Shown here: positions 50,931 to 63,666 of the stretch, one piece after another
Layout of the letters: the number at the start of each line of letters is the position of its first letter
Numbering within the stretch: the stretch's first letter is position 1
Assembly: GCA_964016885.1 (NCBI GenBank)
Contig: OZ024741.1
Coordinates: 230,268,001-230,332,000, forward strand
Length of the DNA stretch: 64,000 bases
DNA from: Eledone cirrhosa
Lineage: Eukaryota
Reading direction: 5' to 3'
Notes under the pieces: generated by a model
What the model saw: the letters and a program-made list of their open reading frames with translations, nothing else
Told to the model about the DNA's origin: nothing
The model's database searches: none
Program-made: the position numbers and the translations under genes

Positions 50931-51239
50931 AACTCATATTTGTACTGCCTCTCTGTTTTTGTTCCTGTCTAAGACTTAACTATATATATATATCTAAACG
51001 AAGAAATTGTGTTAAGAAATCGGGTGGACCATAACGCGCAAGAGTACTCGATACTTAGGGTAGTGTGGCTAATAGTAAAAGAGTCAGAACCCCGAAAGCT
51101 GAGCTCCGACCGTTTCTATAGCTAGATCCGAACGCTATATATATAGGTAAAGAGTCAGGACCCCGACAGCTGAGCTCCGGCCATTTCGACAGCGTTGGGA
51201 TCTAGCTGTAGAAACGGTCGGAACTCAGCTGTCCTGAAT

Positions 51240-51935
51240 GGAAAAAATGAAATTTCATTTCTCACTCTTAGTACGGCTGATACTTAAACATAAGTATGTA
51301 TACGTACATACATGTATGTATACAGACGTACAGTAGAATGTATATAGATACATACATGCACATATATATATATATATATGTACGTATGGGTTTACCGAAC
51401 ATTTATTATAATACTCGGTTTGATTGTAAACAAACAGCCCGAATTATTAGTTGTATAGTGTTCGGCAACCATCGTTGCCATTTTGTTCAACACTGACAAA
51501 CGAACGATGAACTAGTTTCTAGCTTATTAGCTGTCATCAGCAGAGTATACCTTCCTGTCAGTCGATTGAACGTTTGAAAGAATATACTTTCCTTATGCAT
51601 ATTAACGGCTGAGCAGCCTAATTCGCATATGGAGTGAGTTAGTCGGCCGGGCGTACCGAAAACGATAAATGGAAAAAATGAAACTTCATTTCTCACTCTT
51701 AGTACGGCTGATACTTAAATACTTAAATAATTTGTCAGTGTTGAACAAAATAGCAACGATGGTTGCCGAACAATGTACGGCTAATAATTCGGGCTATTTG
51801 TTTACAAACAAACCAAGCATTATAATAAATGTTCGGTAAACCCTTACGTACATATATATATGTGTGCATGTATGTATGTATAATATATACATACTACTGT
51901 ACGTCTGCATACATATATGTATGTACGTATACATA

Positions 51936-51940
<5 letters not shown>
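51240..51940 (-). mobile_element. Diverged relative of the array unit (about 1.1 monomer) plus an inverted partial copy at 51732-51940; hammerhead at 51504-51546
   Basis: Collinear with the unit; CUGAUGA-CAGCUAAUAAGCUA-GAAA-CUAG-UU. Confidence 0.8.
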
Positions 51941-51990
<50 letters not shown>

Positions 51991-52642
51991 CACACTCACA
52001 CACAAATATATATATATGTACAATATAAAGTTAGGTCTCCATTAAATGTATTATAACCCTGTTAAAACCGTTAGATTGCAAGGGTTGATTATGAATATTG
52101 CTTTGTTAAAACTCAATATATTTTAATTCCTCTTTTGGAAAAATTTGATACAAATAAGACCATTTTTTTAACAATAAATTCATTTCAGGAAACACAGTGG
52201 ACATTATATTTTTCCGGCTACGATGATTTTTGTACTACATTCGCAACTGAAACTTTTTGTCTTGATATTCTAATGAGTGATATATATTATCTCTTCTTTT
52301 TTACTGAGTGATATGTATTGTTATTTTAATTAAACTGTGTTGACACCCAGAGTCTACGCTCATTAATAGCAAATTGTTAAATGAAATGATTGGCTTTATG
52401 TGGTATATCACTGCGGGAAGAAAAAATACAATTGTCAGTAATTGAATGCCTTGAACCTTAAGAGTTTTGACTTGTAAGCAAATTGTAACTATATAACAGC
52501 TCTGTATGATCCCATTATTGTATTGAGCTAAAATACATCTAGTATAAGAGTACAATTTTACTCTTATTTATAATACACACACACACATACACACAACACA
52601 CGCACATACATATACACACACACACATATATACACCCCCCCC

Positions 52643-52685
<43 letters not shown>

Positions 52686-52689
<4 letters not shown>

Positions 52690-53191
52690 CAACTAGAAAT
52701 TGATTAACATAAATAAACATATGAAACAATCACAGGGATAATTTACATGTGTGTAAGCACACATAGCTAGGTAGGTAACTAAATAAAGTTAACTAGAACT
52801 TCAAAAATAGATACCTTATAATATGATTAATCTTCCCTGTATATATTCCATTACAGAAATATATTTCACCAATTAATCGAATGGTTAACCACGGAGGCCG
52901 ATACTTGGATTTTCAACAAGGAAGAAGTCCAGCCATCTGTGTTTACGCATTAAGTTCAAATCAGCGACTTGCCAGCAACACGTGCTGTATCTACTAAAAA
53001 TACACACATCGTCATACCAGCTTCGTCCCAGTGGCGTGAATAGGGTTATCGACAACTAGAAACAGCAGTCAAGTCCTTTCAACAGAGTTAGCTCTACAAT
53101 TAAGGAGTCGTATTTATATATCTATATCCAAATTATCCCCTGTGATTGTTTCATATGTTTATTTATATGTTAATCAATTTCTAGTTGTTAT
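52686..53191. mobile_element. Element with about 60-bp inverted ends abutting (TA)n (Penelope-like relic or MITE)
   Basis: ATAACAACTAGAAATTGATTAACATA..CACAGGGATAATTT is inverted at about 53131-53191. Confidence 0.6.
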
Positions 53192-53312
53192 AAAATGCTC
53201 GGACCTATTCATTAGAATCTTGGAGCTTATTTTACGGGTAATATAGCGCATGTCTTTCTGGCATGACACCCATAATTTTGATTTAGATTAAATTCACTTT
53301 GATTTATCTTAA

Positions 53313-53405
<93 letters not shown>

Positions 53406-53619
53406 ATAACAAGATATCGTTATAGGTAATCCAATTAGAGGTTGTGAATACTTCTTATCATGGATAGTTTTAGCGTACGGCGTTGTATGAGTCAACAAGA
53501 GATTTACGTGGATGACGAGTTTATGATTTCACTTGTATTCCTATGTAAGTTTATCTTGGAGTATTAACATTGAAAAAGTGGAGAATAACATGGTCAACAG
53601 TACAAAAAAGATTTATTTA

Positions 53620-53727
53620 CAGTCTAACAATTGTTTCACTGAAGAGTTGTCTAAAAATTGCTAAAAACTGAAAATAGTGCCACTCAATTTAAAATACATG
53701 TTAGCATCGTCATATCCTCAGAGACTG
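53620..53727 (-). ncRNA. Type I hammerhead with about 80-nt domain II
   Basis: CAGUCU-CUGAGGA-U...U-GAAA-CAAUUG-UU-AGACUG followed by AAUAAA; 6-bp perfect stem I. Confidence 0.7.
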
Positions 53728-54459
53728 AGAGAAAATATAAATATATGCGTAACCGGCAAATTTACAAATTCAAATTACCACATCAATAATAATATTAATA
53801 ATAAAGATATAGAGAGGAAAAAAGGATGGGGGATAGATAAAGTAAAGATGAAATACGAAGTAGGAAAAAGAAAAAGAGATAGAGAAAGACGAAGAAGGAA
53901 AAAGAAAAAGAGATAGAGAAAGACGAAGAAGGAAAAAGAAAAATAGATAGAGAAAGACGAAGAAGGAAAAAGAAAAAGAGATAGAGAAAGAAGAAGAGGA
54001 GAAAATTATTACAGGTAAAAAAAAACACAAGTAGAGATATCGTAGGATAGAGAGAAAAATGAAGACGGACAAACAGACGAGTATGATAGATAAACACAAG
54101 TACAAATAAGATGGAGAGAAGAAGGTAGAGGGGCAAATAGATGAATAAACGTTAATACATGAATAAATGTAAGTAAAAATAAAGATAGATGTATAGAAAT
54201 ATATGAGGATATGAATGAAAAAAATGAAAAAATATATATAAAATATATATATAAAAAATATATATAAAAATTTGATAGATAAATAAATAAGTAAATAAAT
54301 AAATAAATAAATAAATAGATACGTAAATAAATAAATTACATCTAATGTAATATAAAATGGTATAATATGTGAAAAGTGGAGATGAAAATAAATAAATAAA
54401 TGTGTAAACCATATATATAATAGAACCATAGAAGATGCAGAAATAGAAACTACTTATGG

Positions 54460-55255
54460 TTTAATCGATTGTTTAACTCCTCTATAAAAACTAAGCTACC
54501 TTTCACTTTCTTCAAATTAGTTGACAAACACTTCCCTAAAATTCATAAATATCATACAATCTTTAATAGAAAAGCTATCAAACTATCATACTCCACTGTC
54601 AACAACATAGAATCGCACATTCATAAAATTAACTATAAAATAATTTATAATTCAAGTAGCCCGCAAATAAATACCATAACACCAAATATCTGTATAAATA
54701 AGCATATTACATCATCACAACCAAACACACGCCGGAGCACACCTCCACAATATATCAACAAACCCAATTCACAGCCCATACATAGCAACCTACAAAACCA
54801 TATAGTAGAACCCGCGTCTAAAAGCATCTAAATGTAACTGCCACCTACCTGACAAATTCCCTTTACAAAACAGATGCCTACAGACAAATATAGTATACCT
54901 ATGTACTATAAATTCAGGTAGCTTGGTGTGTATTACATTGGTTCCACAGCTGGTGAATTTAAGAAAAGGTGGTACGTACACAGACATTCCATGACGAACA
55001 AGAATCTCTCGAATACAACAACTTTCGCCAATAAAATTTGGCAACTCAAGAATGCAAACATAGAATATGAGATCAGCTGGACAAAACTGTCACAAGCAAG
55101 GGCTACCGATTGGTATGTCCCACTGCAGTCTCTGTAATATGGAACTTTTCCAAATTCTAAATTTCAGCAAAATTTTTCTTAACAGTAGAATTGAACGAAT
55201 TATTTTTTGTCGGCATAAACCAGCAAAGAAATTCGAGAACTTTAGACCAACTTAA
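54460..55255 (+). pseudogene. Penelope-like linker plus GIY-YIG endonuclease remnant
   Basis: DKHFPK..IFNR..IKLSYS, CNC, NIVYLC..YYIGST..FKKRWYVH, CSLCNME, LNSR, CRHK. Confidence 0.85.
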
Positions 55256-55909
55256 TTCCATCTTATCTATTCCATAACCCTGATTGTACTATTTGGATCT
55301 ACCACGATATCACATTATCAGCAGCATCTTCACCATTATAATTACCAAAGAACAGCATCAAAACCTCTTATATTTACATTCTTGTTTTATATATATCTAT
55401 CTTTCACTTTTTATCTTTGCATTTCTCTACCTAAACTTTTTTTATCTCGGTCATTTTATATTATCATATAATATATCTTAAACTAGTTAATTTACTTATT
55501 AAAATAACCAATACACACATAAATATATTTAACATTATCATATTTTCAACTTAATATCTATCCATATATTTAACAATTATCAAAAACTATTCTCAATAAT
55601 CTTAACATGTTCAAATATTCTCCGTACTTTTTTTACACATTTCATATTTATTTTCATCTCCACTTTTCACATATTATACCATTTTATATTACATTAGATG
55701 TAATTTATTTATCTATTTATCTATTTATTTATCTATTTATTTATTTATTTACTTATTTATTTATCTATCAATGTTATATATATATATTTTTATATATATT
55801 TTTCATTTTTTTCATTCATTTCCTCATATATTTCTTTTTCACATATACCATTTTATATTACATTAGATGTAATTTATTTATTTATTTATCTATTTATTTA
55901 TTTATTCGT

Positions 55910-55940
<31 letters not shown>

Positions 55941-56393
55941 CTTATTTATTTATCTATCAATTTTTATATATATAAATTTTATATATATTATTTTATATAT
56001 TTTTTTCATTTTTTTCATTCATTTCCTCATATATTTCTATACATCTATCTCTATTTTTACTTACATTTATTCATGTATTAACGTTTATTCATCTACCTTC
56101 TTCTCTCCATCTCATTTATACTTGTGTTTATCTATCATACTCGCCTGTTTGTCCGTCTTGATTTTTCTCTCTATCCTACGATATCTCTACTTGTGTTTTT
56201 TTTTGTAGCTGTAATAATTTTCTCCTCTACTTCTTTCTCTATCTCTTTTTCTTTTTCCTTCTTCGTCTTTGTCCTTTACTATATCTATCCTCCTTCCTTT
56301 TTTTCTCTATATATCTTTATTATTAATATTATTATTGATGTGGTAATTTGAATTTGTAAATTTGCCGGTTACGCATATATTTATATTTTCTCT

Positions 56394-56502
56394 CAGTCTC
56401 TGAGGATATGATGGAGCTAACATGTATTTTAAATTTAGTAGCACTACTTTCAGTGTTTAGCAATTTTTAGGCAACTCTATCAGTGAAACAATTGTTTGAC
56501 TC
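56394..56502 (+). ncRNA. Sense copy of the long-domain-II hammerhead (stem I partly decayed)
   Basis: CAGUCU-CUGAGGA...GAAA-CAAUUG-UU-UGACUC followed by AAUAAA. Confidence 0.6.
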
Positions 56503-56583
56503 TAAATAAATCTCCTTTTTCATACTGATGACCATGTTATTCTCCACTTTTTCAATTATATATATATATATATATATATATAT

Positions 56584-56651
<68 letters not shown>

Positions 56652-56899
56652 ATATGTGCATCATCATCATCGTGATCTTGCAACATGTGCAGCCAGTAGT
56701 TGGGGTGCCACTCAAGTCAGTAATTCATTGCCATTGGTCTCTATTCCCCGTCATGCGTAGAAAGGTTTGGGTGTTGTGTTCTGTCCAGTCTTTTATGTTG
56801 TCGGCCCAGGATTCTCTTTGCTTGCTTCTACCTAGCCTTCCTCCACTGTGCCCTGCAGGATGGATTTGGACAAGACGTGGCGGGATGTATGTGCGGCAT

Positions 56900-56990
56900 A
56901 GAGTTACGACACTTTACATTCTAAGCTCGAATGCCGCCGAGTTTAGCTTTGCCTTTCATCCTTGCCGGGTCGATAAAATAAAGCACAATT
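56900..56990 (+). mobile_element. SINE fragment
   Basis: TTTGCCTTTCATCCTT..GGGTCGATAAAATAAAG. Confidence 0.7.
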
Positions 56991-57099
56991 AATGCTCTGT
57001 ACATGTCCATCCCTATTTGTCGTTATTTTCGTCTTTTATAATTAAATTCAGATTGTTTTTGTCACCCCCGCATGTAAATGTGACTAACAATTTGCTATT

Positions 57100-58450
57100 A
57101 TCTCTTCATAGCTTATATTTATTGCCAACAGATGATTTCTCACTTTTGTATTGTAGGACCATTGTGAGCATTCCTTTTTCCTGGATGTATAGAGGTATCA
57201 TATAAAGTGGATGTTATTAACTTACCCGAACTCTATGTCAGTATCACTAAGTAGCTTGCGAGTTCTTATGTCCATTCCGTTCAGTCCTTGTTCAATAGTG
57301 ATCAGATCAGAAAGTGTTAGGATGAATACAGAAAAGTGAGCATATGCTTGTTGGTGGGGATGAATGTTATAGTGATCATATTTTATTTGTCCTTTAGGGT
57401 ATTCATTCTTTTCCTTTTACTTATTTGGGTGTCCATCATATCTGAAATTCTCATCCTACCCAAGATAACAGTAATTTTCACTTGACTGCAGAGCTTATAT
57501 CGTCTTGTTCGTGTTTATTGTTTCGGCGGAAAGTTCAACCATTCCAAATGTTACCACCAGCAATGCTCATTTTGACTCTCATCAAATTTCAATCCAGTGA
57601 CGGTGGAAAACTGGGAAATGGGGTCCGATTGCTTTTTCATGTAGATGATATTTGGCCCATACACCAGGTCGTCAAGAAGTAAAACGTAGGAGAAAGTTCT
57701 AGATCCATTTCTAAGACCTTTTTTCTGAGCAGGTATGATAGTGATTTTAGGGAAAGACCAAAGTGTAGCACTGATAAATAATCGCCCTGCAAGATGTCAT
57801 TTTAGTAGTGTAGGGTATCCGATTCAATTTGTTTCTTATAACCTAAAAGAAATAAAGTGGTATAACAATGATTTGTCAGTAGCTACTTGTAGTTGTGGGC
57901 CTTTCGCTATCTTTAAGGGCTTGATAACCACCCCCATACGGTATAGTACTGGAGGCTTTCTTGTAGGCCAGCCACACTACAGCCTTCAGTGCTTCACTCT
58001 TTTTTTCTGCGCCTCTTCGTTAATTAGTAAATACTCTTCCTGCTTTTTCTCAGTTCGCCTGGGTGTTGTATTATTAGTGGCACAATGATTCTGCAAGAAC
58101 AGGCTCAATCAACCAGTGAATAACTTATACAGAAAGTTCTGGTAAACGACTGGGTGTTAATTGTTAACACCAATGGTCCAGCTCTCGTTTAGAAGGAGTG
58201 TAATGGCAGTCAATAACTATTTGGATAGTTGAAAAGTTCCTCTACACCCTCTCCATAAAGTCTTACCAAATCGCGCATATAAAAGGGGAATATCTGATCC
58301 AATAACCCATTATGCAGTCCGGGGCTGGAGTTATCCAGTTCCCTACATTCTGTAGGGCTGTTCTAAAATCTTGCTCGGTCGATTGTCTTTGTTCAACATG
58401 CTTGCCGTAGTCATGCTCTAATCGTGCGTGTGTATTTATAATCAAGATAT
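57100..58450 (-). mobile_element. Highly decayed non-LTR RT fragment (R4/NeSL-like)
   Basis: NW..PAPD.IMGYWI in the ORF track and broken RT-like motifs downstream. Confidence 0.5.
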
Positions 58451-59049
58451 CAATACATTAACTGAAGAGAGCGCCCAATAGGTGATGTAGCCACAAATAA
58501 TTATGTATTCAAAAACGTTGGCTAGATATTCGCTTATTTTATAAATGTTTCACCGTGTATGACTTATCAGTCTTCGATCGGTAAAATTTCGAAATCATAA
58601 CCAAATATATACATATATGTTTGTGTGCGTGCATAGTTAAGTAATGCTCCTGCTAGGTTTTAGTTATGGTAACTCAAACCCAATACAAAATAAAAAAGTA
58701 CCCCAACAGGTGTATTCATATAGATATATTAAAGACGACACCCCCATACATAAAAATGTTTAACTATGCAGAATGATGTAAGTATTTATCCCATTTATAG
58801 GTTTTAACGATTTATATCATAGCACCCATCTACTTCTAAATATTCTATGTATGTATGTTCTGGTTTTAATATATTTTAATTAATCTCACACTAATAGATA
58901 TTCGTGGAATTTAGATATCAACTAATTAATTACGTATGACTGTTTGTGTTTGTGTGAGTGTGAAGGTATGAATGCCATTTCATGTGTGTATTTGGATGTT
59001 TTGAATGAAATATGAAGGTATACGTATCTATACATATGGATATTTAGTT

Positions 59050-59232
59050 ATTATATGCTAAAGTTCTGGAATGTTTTTCATAATTTTATAGTTCTATTAA
59101 TAGACTGTACTTACAATTTTCTAATTAGATGTGTTCATTCTGATTCTGTGAAGCTGAGCTTTTCACAATTTGTACCTGAGCTAGTTCTTAACATATTCAA
59201 GGGCCCCAATGACCACAGGGACAAATCTAAAG
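59050..59232 (-). mobile_element. RLE-type LINE 3' fragment related to 39150-39330
   Basis: FRFVPVVIGALEYV; nucleotide similarity to 39150-39330. Confidence 0.7.
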
Positions 59233-59929
59233 GTATGTATGTATGTATGTATGTATGTATGTATGTATGTATGTATGTATGTACTACGTGCGTATGTATG
59301 TGTATATGTATGTACGTACGTATGTATGTGTATATGTATGCATGTATGTATGTAGGTACGTGCGTATGTATGTACGTATTTATGTATGTAATAATCGTTT
59401 AACGTTCGTTTTCTCTGACAGCAAGGTTTGGAAGAGTCGTCACAAGCAGGCAGGTGCAACGGTGAAGCGGCATATGACCACGCGCTCTACCGAGTGCATT
59501 TGGCCGTGTGCCAAAACAAAGGAAGTAGTCATAATCTTGGACTAGATGAAGACTCTTCCCGGCTCTTTGTGTGGAATGTATTTTACGAATGGATGCCCTT
59601 TCTACCAACAACCACTTTACAGAGTGTACTGAATGTGTTTATCGTATAAATCACTAACATTAGGAAGGTTGTCATGTCTATGAAACACATTTTTGTTCCA
59701 CACAACCTTGTGTTTGGTAGGTTTTCTATTATTGGATGCCATTTCTATCAGAGGAGTGTGCTGGATGATTGTTTATCATGTGTATCACCACGAGGTTGCC
59801 ATGTGTGGAAGAAATTAATGGGTTGAAGGCTGGAGAACGAGAAGGGTATTTTCCTCGCATCATTTGAATGTAAAATAATGATTTCTACATTAAGCACAAG
59901 ACAAGCACCCAGTATAGTACAAATCTAGA

Positions 59930-60385
59930 CATGACAGAGTTGGCCAATATCTACACTGGGTAATATGTTGACATTATAAAATCAAAGCTGCTAACAAGTG
60001 GCCATCATCACACTGAGGCTGTAGCTGACGGAGAAAAAGTAACAATTCTTTGTGACTTTCCTGTACATACTGACCGGACCATTAAAGCAAATAGACCAGA
60101 TATCATTGTAAAAGACCAACATAGCAAGGTCTGTATATTACAATATCGCGGGAAAAGAATTCGATAAGCTAAGAAAATATAAAGATCTGCTTATTGAAAT
60201 CGAAAAAATGTAGCACCTCAAGGCCGTTTCACACCTGTGGTTGTGGGTGCATTGGGAATGATCAAGAAAGGAACAGTATTTAAGGAAGATTCCAGGCTCA
60301 ACCTCTCTGCAAGAGGTACACAAATTTGTTTTGACTGGTACTGCCCATGTATTGAGAAGAACACTGTCTCTGTAAGAATGATATC
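59930..60385 (+). mobile_element. RLE-type LINE 3' fragment
   Basis: RHDRV, TDRTIKANRPDII, KYKDL, VVGALG. Confidence 0.75.
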
Positions 60386-60534
60386 CAACCCACTTGTGTG
60401 GTTGTGTGAGTGTGTGTGTGTGTGAGTAGAGCACTAGCTTTGTAAGAATGATATCCCTCTGTAAGAATGATAAGGTGTAAATTATATTCAATGTGGTGTA
60501 TTAACTGGCTTACCAATGTATACAATTGATGTAG

Positions 60535-60890
60535 ATGGAGCCTGCCCATTTGACCCAAGAGTGCAAGAAAAGAGGAGAGGGAGAAACTTAACCGATACCA
60601 GGACTTAAAGAGGGAGTTTAAAAAGATTTGGAACTGCCATGAAATCAAGCTCGTCCCGATTGTCATAGGCGCACTAGGTACTATCTCAAAGAGTTTCCAA
60701 GGATGGTTAAAGAAGATTAGTCCAGCCCCGCTTTTTGGAACACTTCAAAAGGCATGTTTGCTGGGAACAGCAAGGACCCTCCGATAAGTCCTGAATATAT
60801 GAGACTGCAGGTAGTGGCTTGATATTCATTTCAACAAACTTTCCAGTTAAATAAGAACAATGACTGAGACTCAAAGAATAATAATAATAA
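60535..60890 (+). mobile_element. R4/Dong-like LINE 3' fragment with (AAT)n tail
   Basis: ACPFD..RYQDLKRE..PIVIGALG; its 3' UTR matches 62300-62510. Confidence 0.8.
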
Positions 60891-60894
60891 TTAT

Positions 60895-61086
60895 TATTAT
60901 TTCTACATTTGGCACAAGGCCAGCAAATATCCCAGTGTATTACTGGTACTTTATTTTATCGACCATGTAAGGATGAAGGGCAAAGTTAACCTCGGCGGCA
61001 TTTTGAACTCAGACCATAAAAGACCGTAACTCTTTGCTGCAAAGCATGGTGTCCGACCTTCTACTGATACTGCCAATCCACCGCCC

Positions 61087-61087
<1 letters not shown>
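60895..61087 (-). mobile_element. Full-length SINE inside (AAT)n
   Basis: Head, core and tail; AAT repeats on both sides. Confidence 0.9.
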
Positions 61088-61117
<30 letters not shown>

Positions 61118-61120
61118 AAT

Positions 61121-62511
61121 GGAGAGCTTACCATCAATCACCTCCTCTTCATGGACGATCTTAAGCTCTTCGGGAAGAGTGAGAAGGTGTTGGATGTGCT
61201 TGTTGACACTGTCCGTATTTTCAGCAATGATATATGTATGCAATTTGGTATTAGTAAGTGTGGAGTCCTTGTGTTGAAGAGGAGTAAATTGAGCAGAAGC
61301 AACGGAATCCAGGTACCAACAGGTGAGATGATAAAGGAAATTGACACTAAAGAAGGATACAAGTATTTGGGTGTTCTGGAGGCTGATGACATCAAGAACA
61401 AAAAAATGAAGGAATTGATAAGATCTGAATACATTCGGAGAGTAAGGAGCGTATTAAAGTCACATCTGAACAGTAGGAATGCCATAAGTGCAGTAAATTC
61501 CCGAGCTGTGTCTATTATTAGGCACAGTGCGGGAATTCTGAGATGGAATGTTGCTGAACAAAAAGAAATGGATAGGAAGACTAGGAAGCTATTGACTATC
61601 TACAACATGTGCCACAAGAGGAGTGATGTCGATAGACTCTACTTAAGGAGATCTGAAGATGGAAGAGGTCTTATCAGCATAGAGGACTGTGTTCAGATGG
61701 AGAACAACAACCTACACAAATACGTGACTTATAGTAAGGAGTGAATGCTCAGAATTGTACTGAAGGAGAGGACAATAGACCAGGGATGTCCAAGGAGGAA
61801 ATAACAACAAGGAGAAAAGGCAGCCTTCATAAAAAATCCCTTCATAGTACCTTCTTTGAGAAAACTGAATTCAGAGATCCACAGACATGGAACTGGTTGA
61901 AAAGAGGAGACCTTAAAAAGGCTACAGAAGAAATGTTAATAGCTGCGCAAGAGCTGGCCCTCAAAAGGAAGTAGTTGAAACACCATATTTACAAGGAGGA
62001 GGCTAGCCCACTGTGCAGGATCTGTGGAGAGAGAGGAGACTGTGGCTCACATTGTATCCGAGTGTAAACACCGAGCCCAGACTCACTATAAGGGCTGGAG
62101 ACATGATGTGATGGGCAGGGTGATCCACTGGCACCTATGCAAAGTAAACAATTTACCACATTCTGAGAAGTGGTATGAGCATAAGCCAGAGTCGGTGATA
62201 GAAAACGATCAGGTGAAGGTGCTGTGGGATTTTAGGATACAGACGGACAAGAAACTAGAACACAATAGACCTGACCTGGTGGTTTTGGACAAAGAAAATA
62301 GGCGCACTAGGTACTATCTCAAAAGATTTTCAGGGATGGTCAAGAAAATTGACCCCGCCCCACTTTTTGGAACACTTCAAAAGGCATGCTTGCTGGGAAC
62401 AGCAAGAACCCTCCGATACATCCTGAATATCTGAGGCTACAGGTAGTGGCTTGATATTCATTTCAACAAACTTTCCAGTTAACTAACATCAATGACTGAA
62501 ACTCAAAGAAC

Positions 62512-62559
<48 letters not shown>
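61121..62559 (+). mobile_element. 5'-truncated R4/Dong-like LINE (RT end, CCHC finger, RLE) with (AAT)n tail
   Basis: HLLFMDDLKLF, YKYLG, GRGL, CRIC..ETVAHIVSEC, RHD, HNRPDL; internal deletion near 62300. Confidence 0.88.
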
Positions 62560-62560
<1 letters not shown>

Positions 62561-62688
62561 GTTTCTACCTTTGGCACAAGGCCAGCAATTATTCCAGTGT
62601 ATTACTGGTACTTTATTTTATCGACCCCGTAAGGATGAAAGGCAAAGTTAACCTCGGCGGGATTTGAACTCATTTATTGGCCACAAGG
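62560..62688 (-). mobile_element. 5'-truncated SINE fused to a 19-nt Tx1 3'-end fragment
   Basis: SINE at 62560-62672; the reverse complement of 62670-62688, CCTTGTGGCCAATAAATGA, matches 12039-12057 at 18/19. Confidence 0.7.
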
Positions 62689-63292
62689 AATACTAATAAT
62701 AATAGGGAAGAATACGCACGTGGTGGATAGAGTGTTATGGAATCGCTCCCGTAATGTTTGATTTTTTACATATTTAAAACAGTTGTGATAGAATAATTCT
62801 TATTACAAATGGGACATAAGGCACCAGTCGGGCTCTCAGGAAGTGACAACACATATCGCTCAAGTATTTAATTTTGTATCAGAAATTTTATAGTCACCAA
62901 AGAAAATGGTTACAAATGGTCACAAATGGAATAAAACAACAGCCAAATAATTTCACCATCATCTACACCACTACCGCTGCCACCACCACCACTAGCACAA
63001 AATTTAGCTAAAGACAAACCAACAGCATCAACCACACCAACACTACAGTACTACTACCCCATTACCACCGTCACCACTCCATCATCGCTACCACCACTAT
63101 TCCCTCACTACCTCCTGGAGAGGGAAGGTAGTAGTGCCACTACATATGACTAGAAAGGAGATAGCTACCAAAAGATATTAATAGACTGATTTAGTGACTC
63201 GGTCAAACATAGCAACAACAACACCATAATAATAATAATTATTGTCGTTGTATCTCTAAACGCTCTCAAAATGTTTATCTTAAACGATGTCG

Positions 63293-63388
63293 AATAATAA
63301 TTGTTTCTACTTTTGGCAAGAGGCCAGCAATAATCCAGTGCATTACTGGTACTGGGTAATATGCTGGCCTTGTGCCAAAAGTAGAAAT
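63293..63388. mobile_element. Two SINE 3' ends joined in inverted orientation
   Basis: TTTCTACTTTTGGCAAGAGGCCAGCA...TGCTGGCCTTGTGCCAAAAGTAGAAA. Confidence 0.75.
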
Positions 63389-63666
63389 GAGAAGCAACAA
63401 GTCAAAAAATTACAGAATAAAACACAGACAAAAACAAACACATCAAAAGAAAAACAAATTTCAGAAGTTTTGAACGCAAAACTTCTCCCCCCCCCCCCCC
63501 ACCCCTCCTCGTTGCTATGACTACGAGCTTAGCGTAGCTAAATTCAAAAACAGCGGCAGCAGCAACAACATCACTTGTAATCGATGTTACTGGCGTTGAA
63601 AAACAAAGGGGAAAAAAAAGTCAGACATTCAAACATTACAATGAAACATGTTTATATTTTAAGGTT

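Larger units (their letters stand above)
53569..56556 (+). mobile_element. 5'-truncated Penelope-like element with an inverted copy of its 3' end
   Basis: 53569-54408 is the reverse complement of 55633-56556; GIY-YIG remnant between the arms; ends in (TA)n. Confidence 0.88.

Noticed and set aside
48176-51696. Repeated 70-80 aa ORFs in the array units (MRNEISF..., MKTKFHF...)
   Set aside because: They recur only because the DNA is repeated; no recognisable domain, the MRNEISF starts are not ATG, and plus-strand frames break with (TA)n length.
52960-53080. GAAAC-AGCA-GTC-AAGTC with an upstream GACTT
   Set aside because: No CUGANGA box after the putative stem I.
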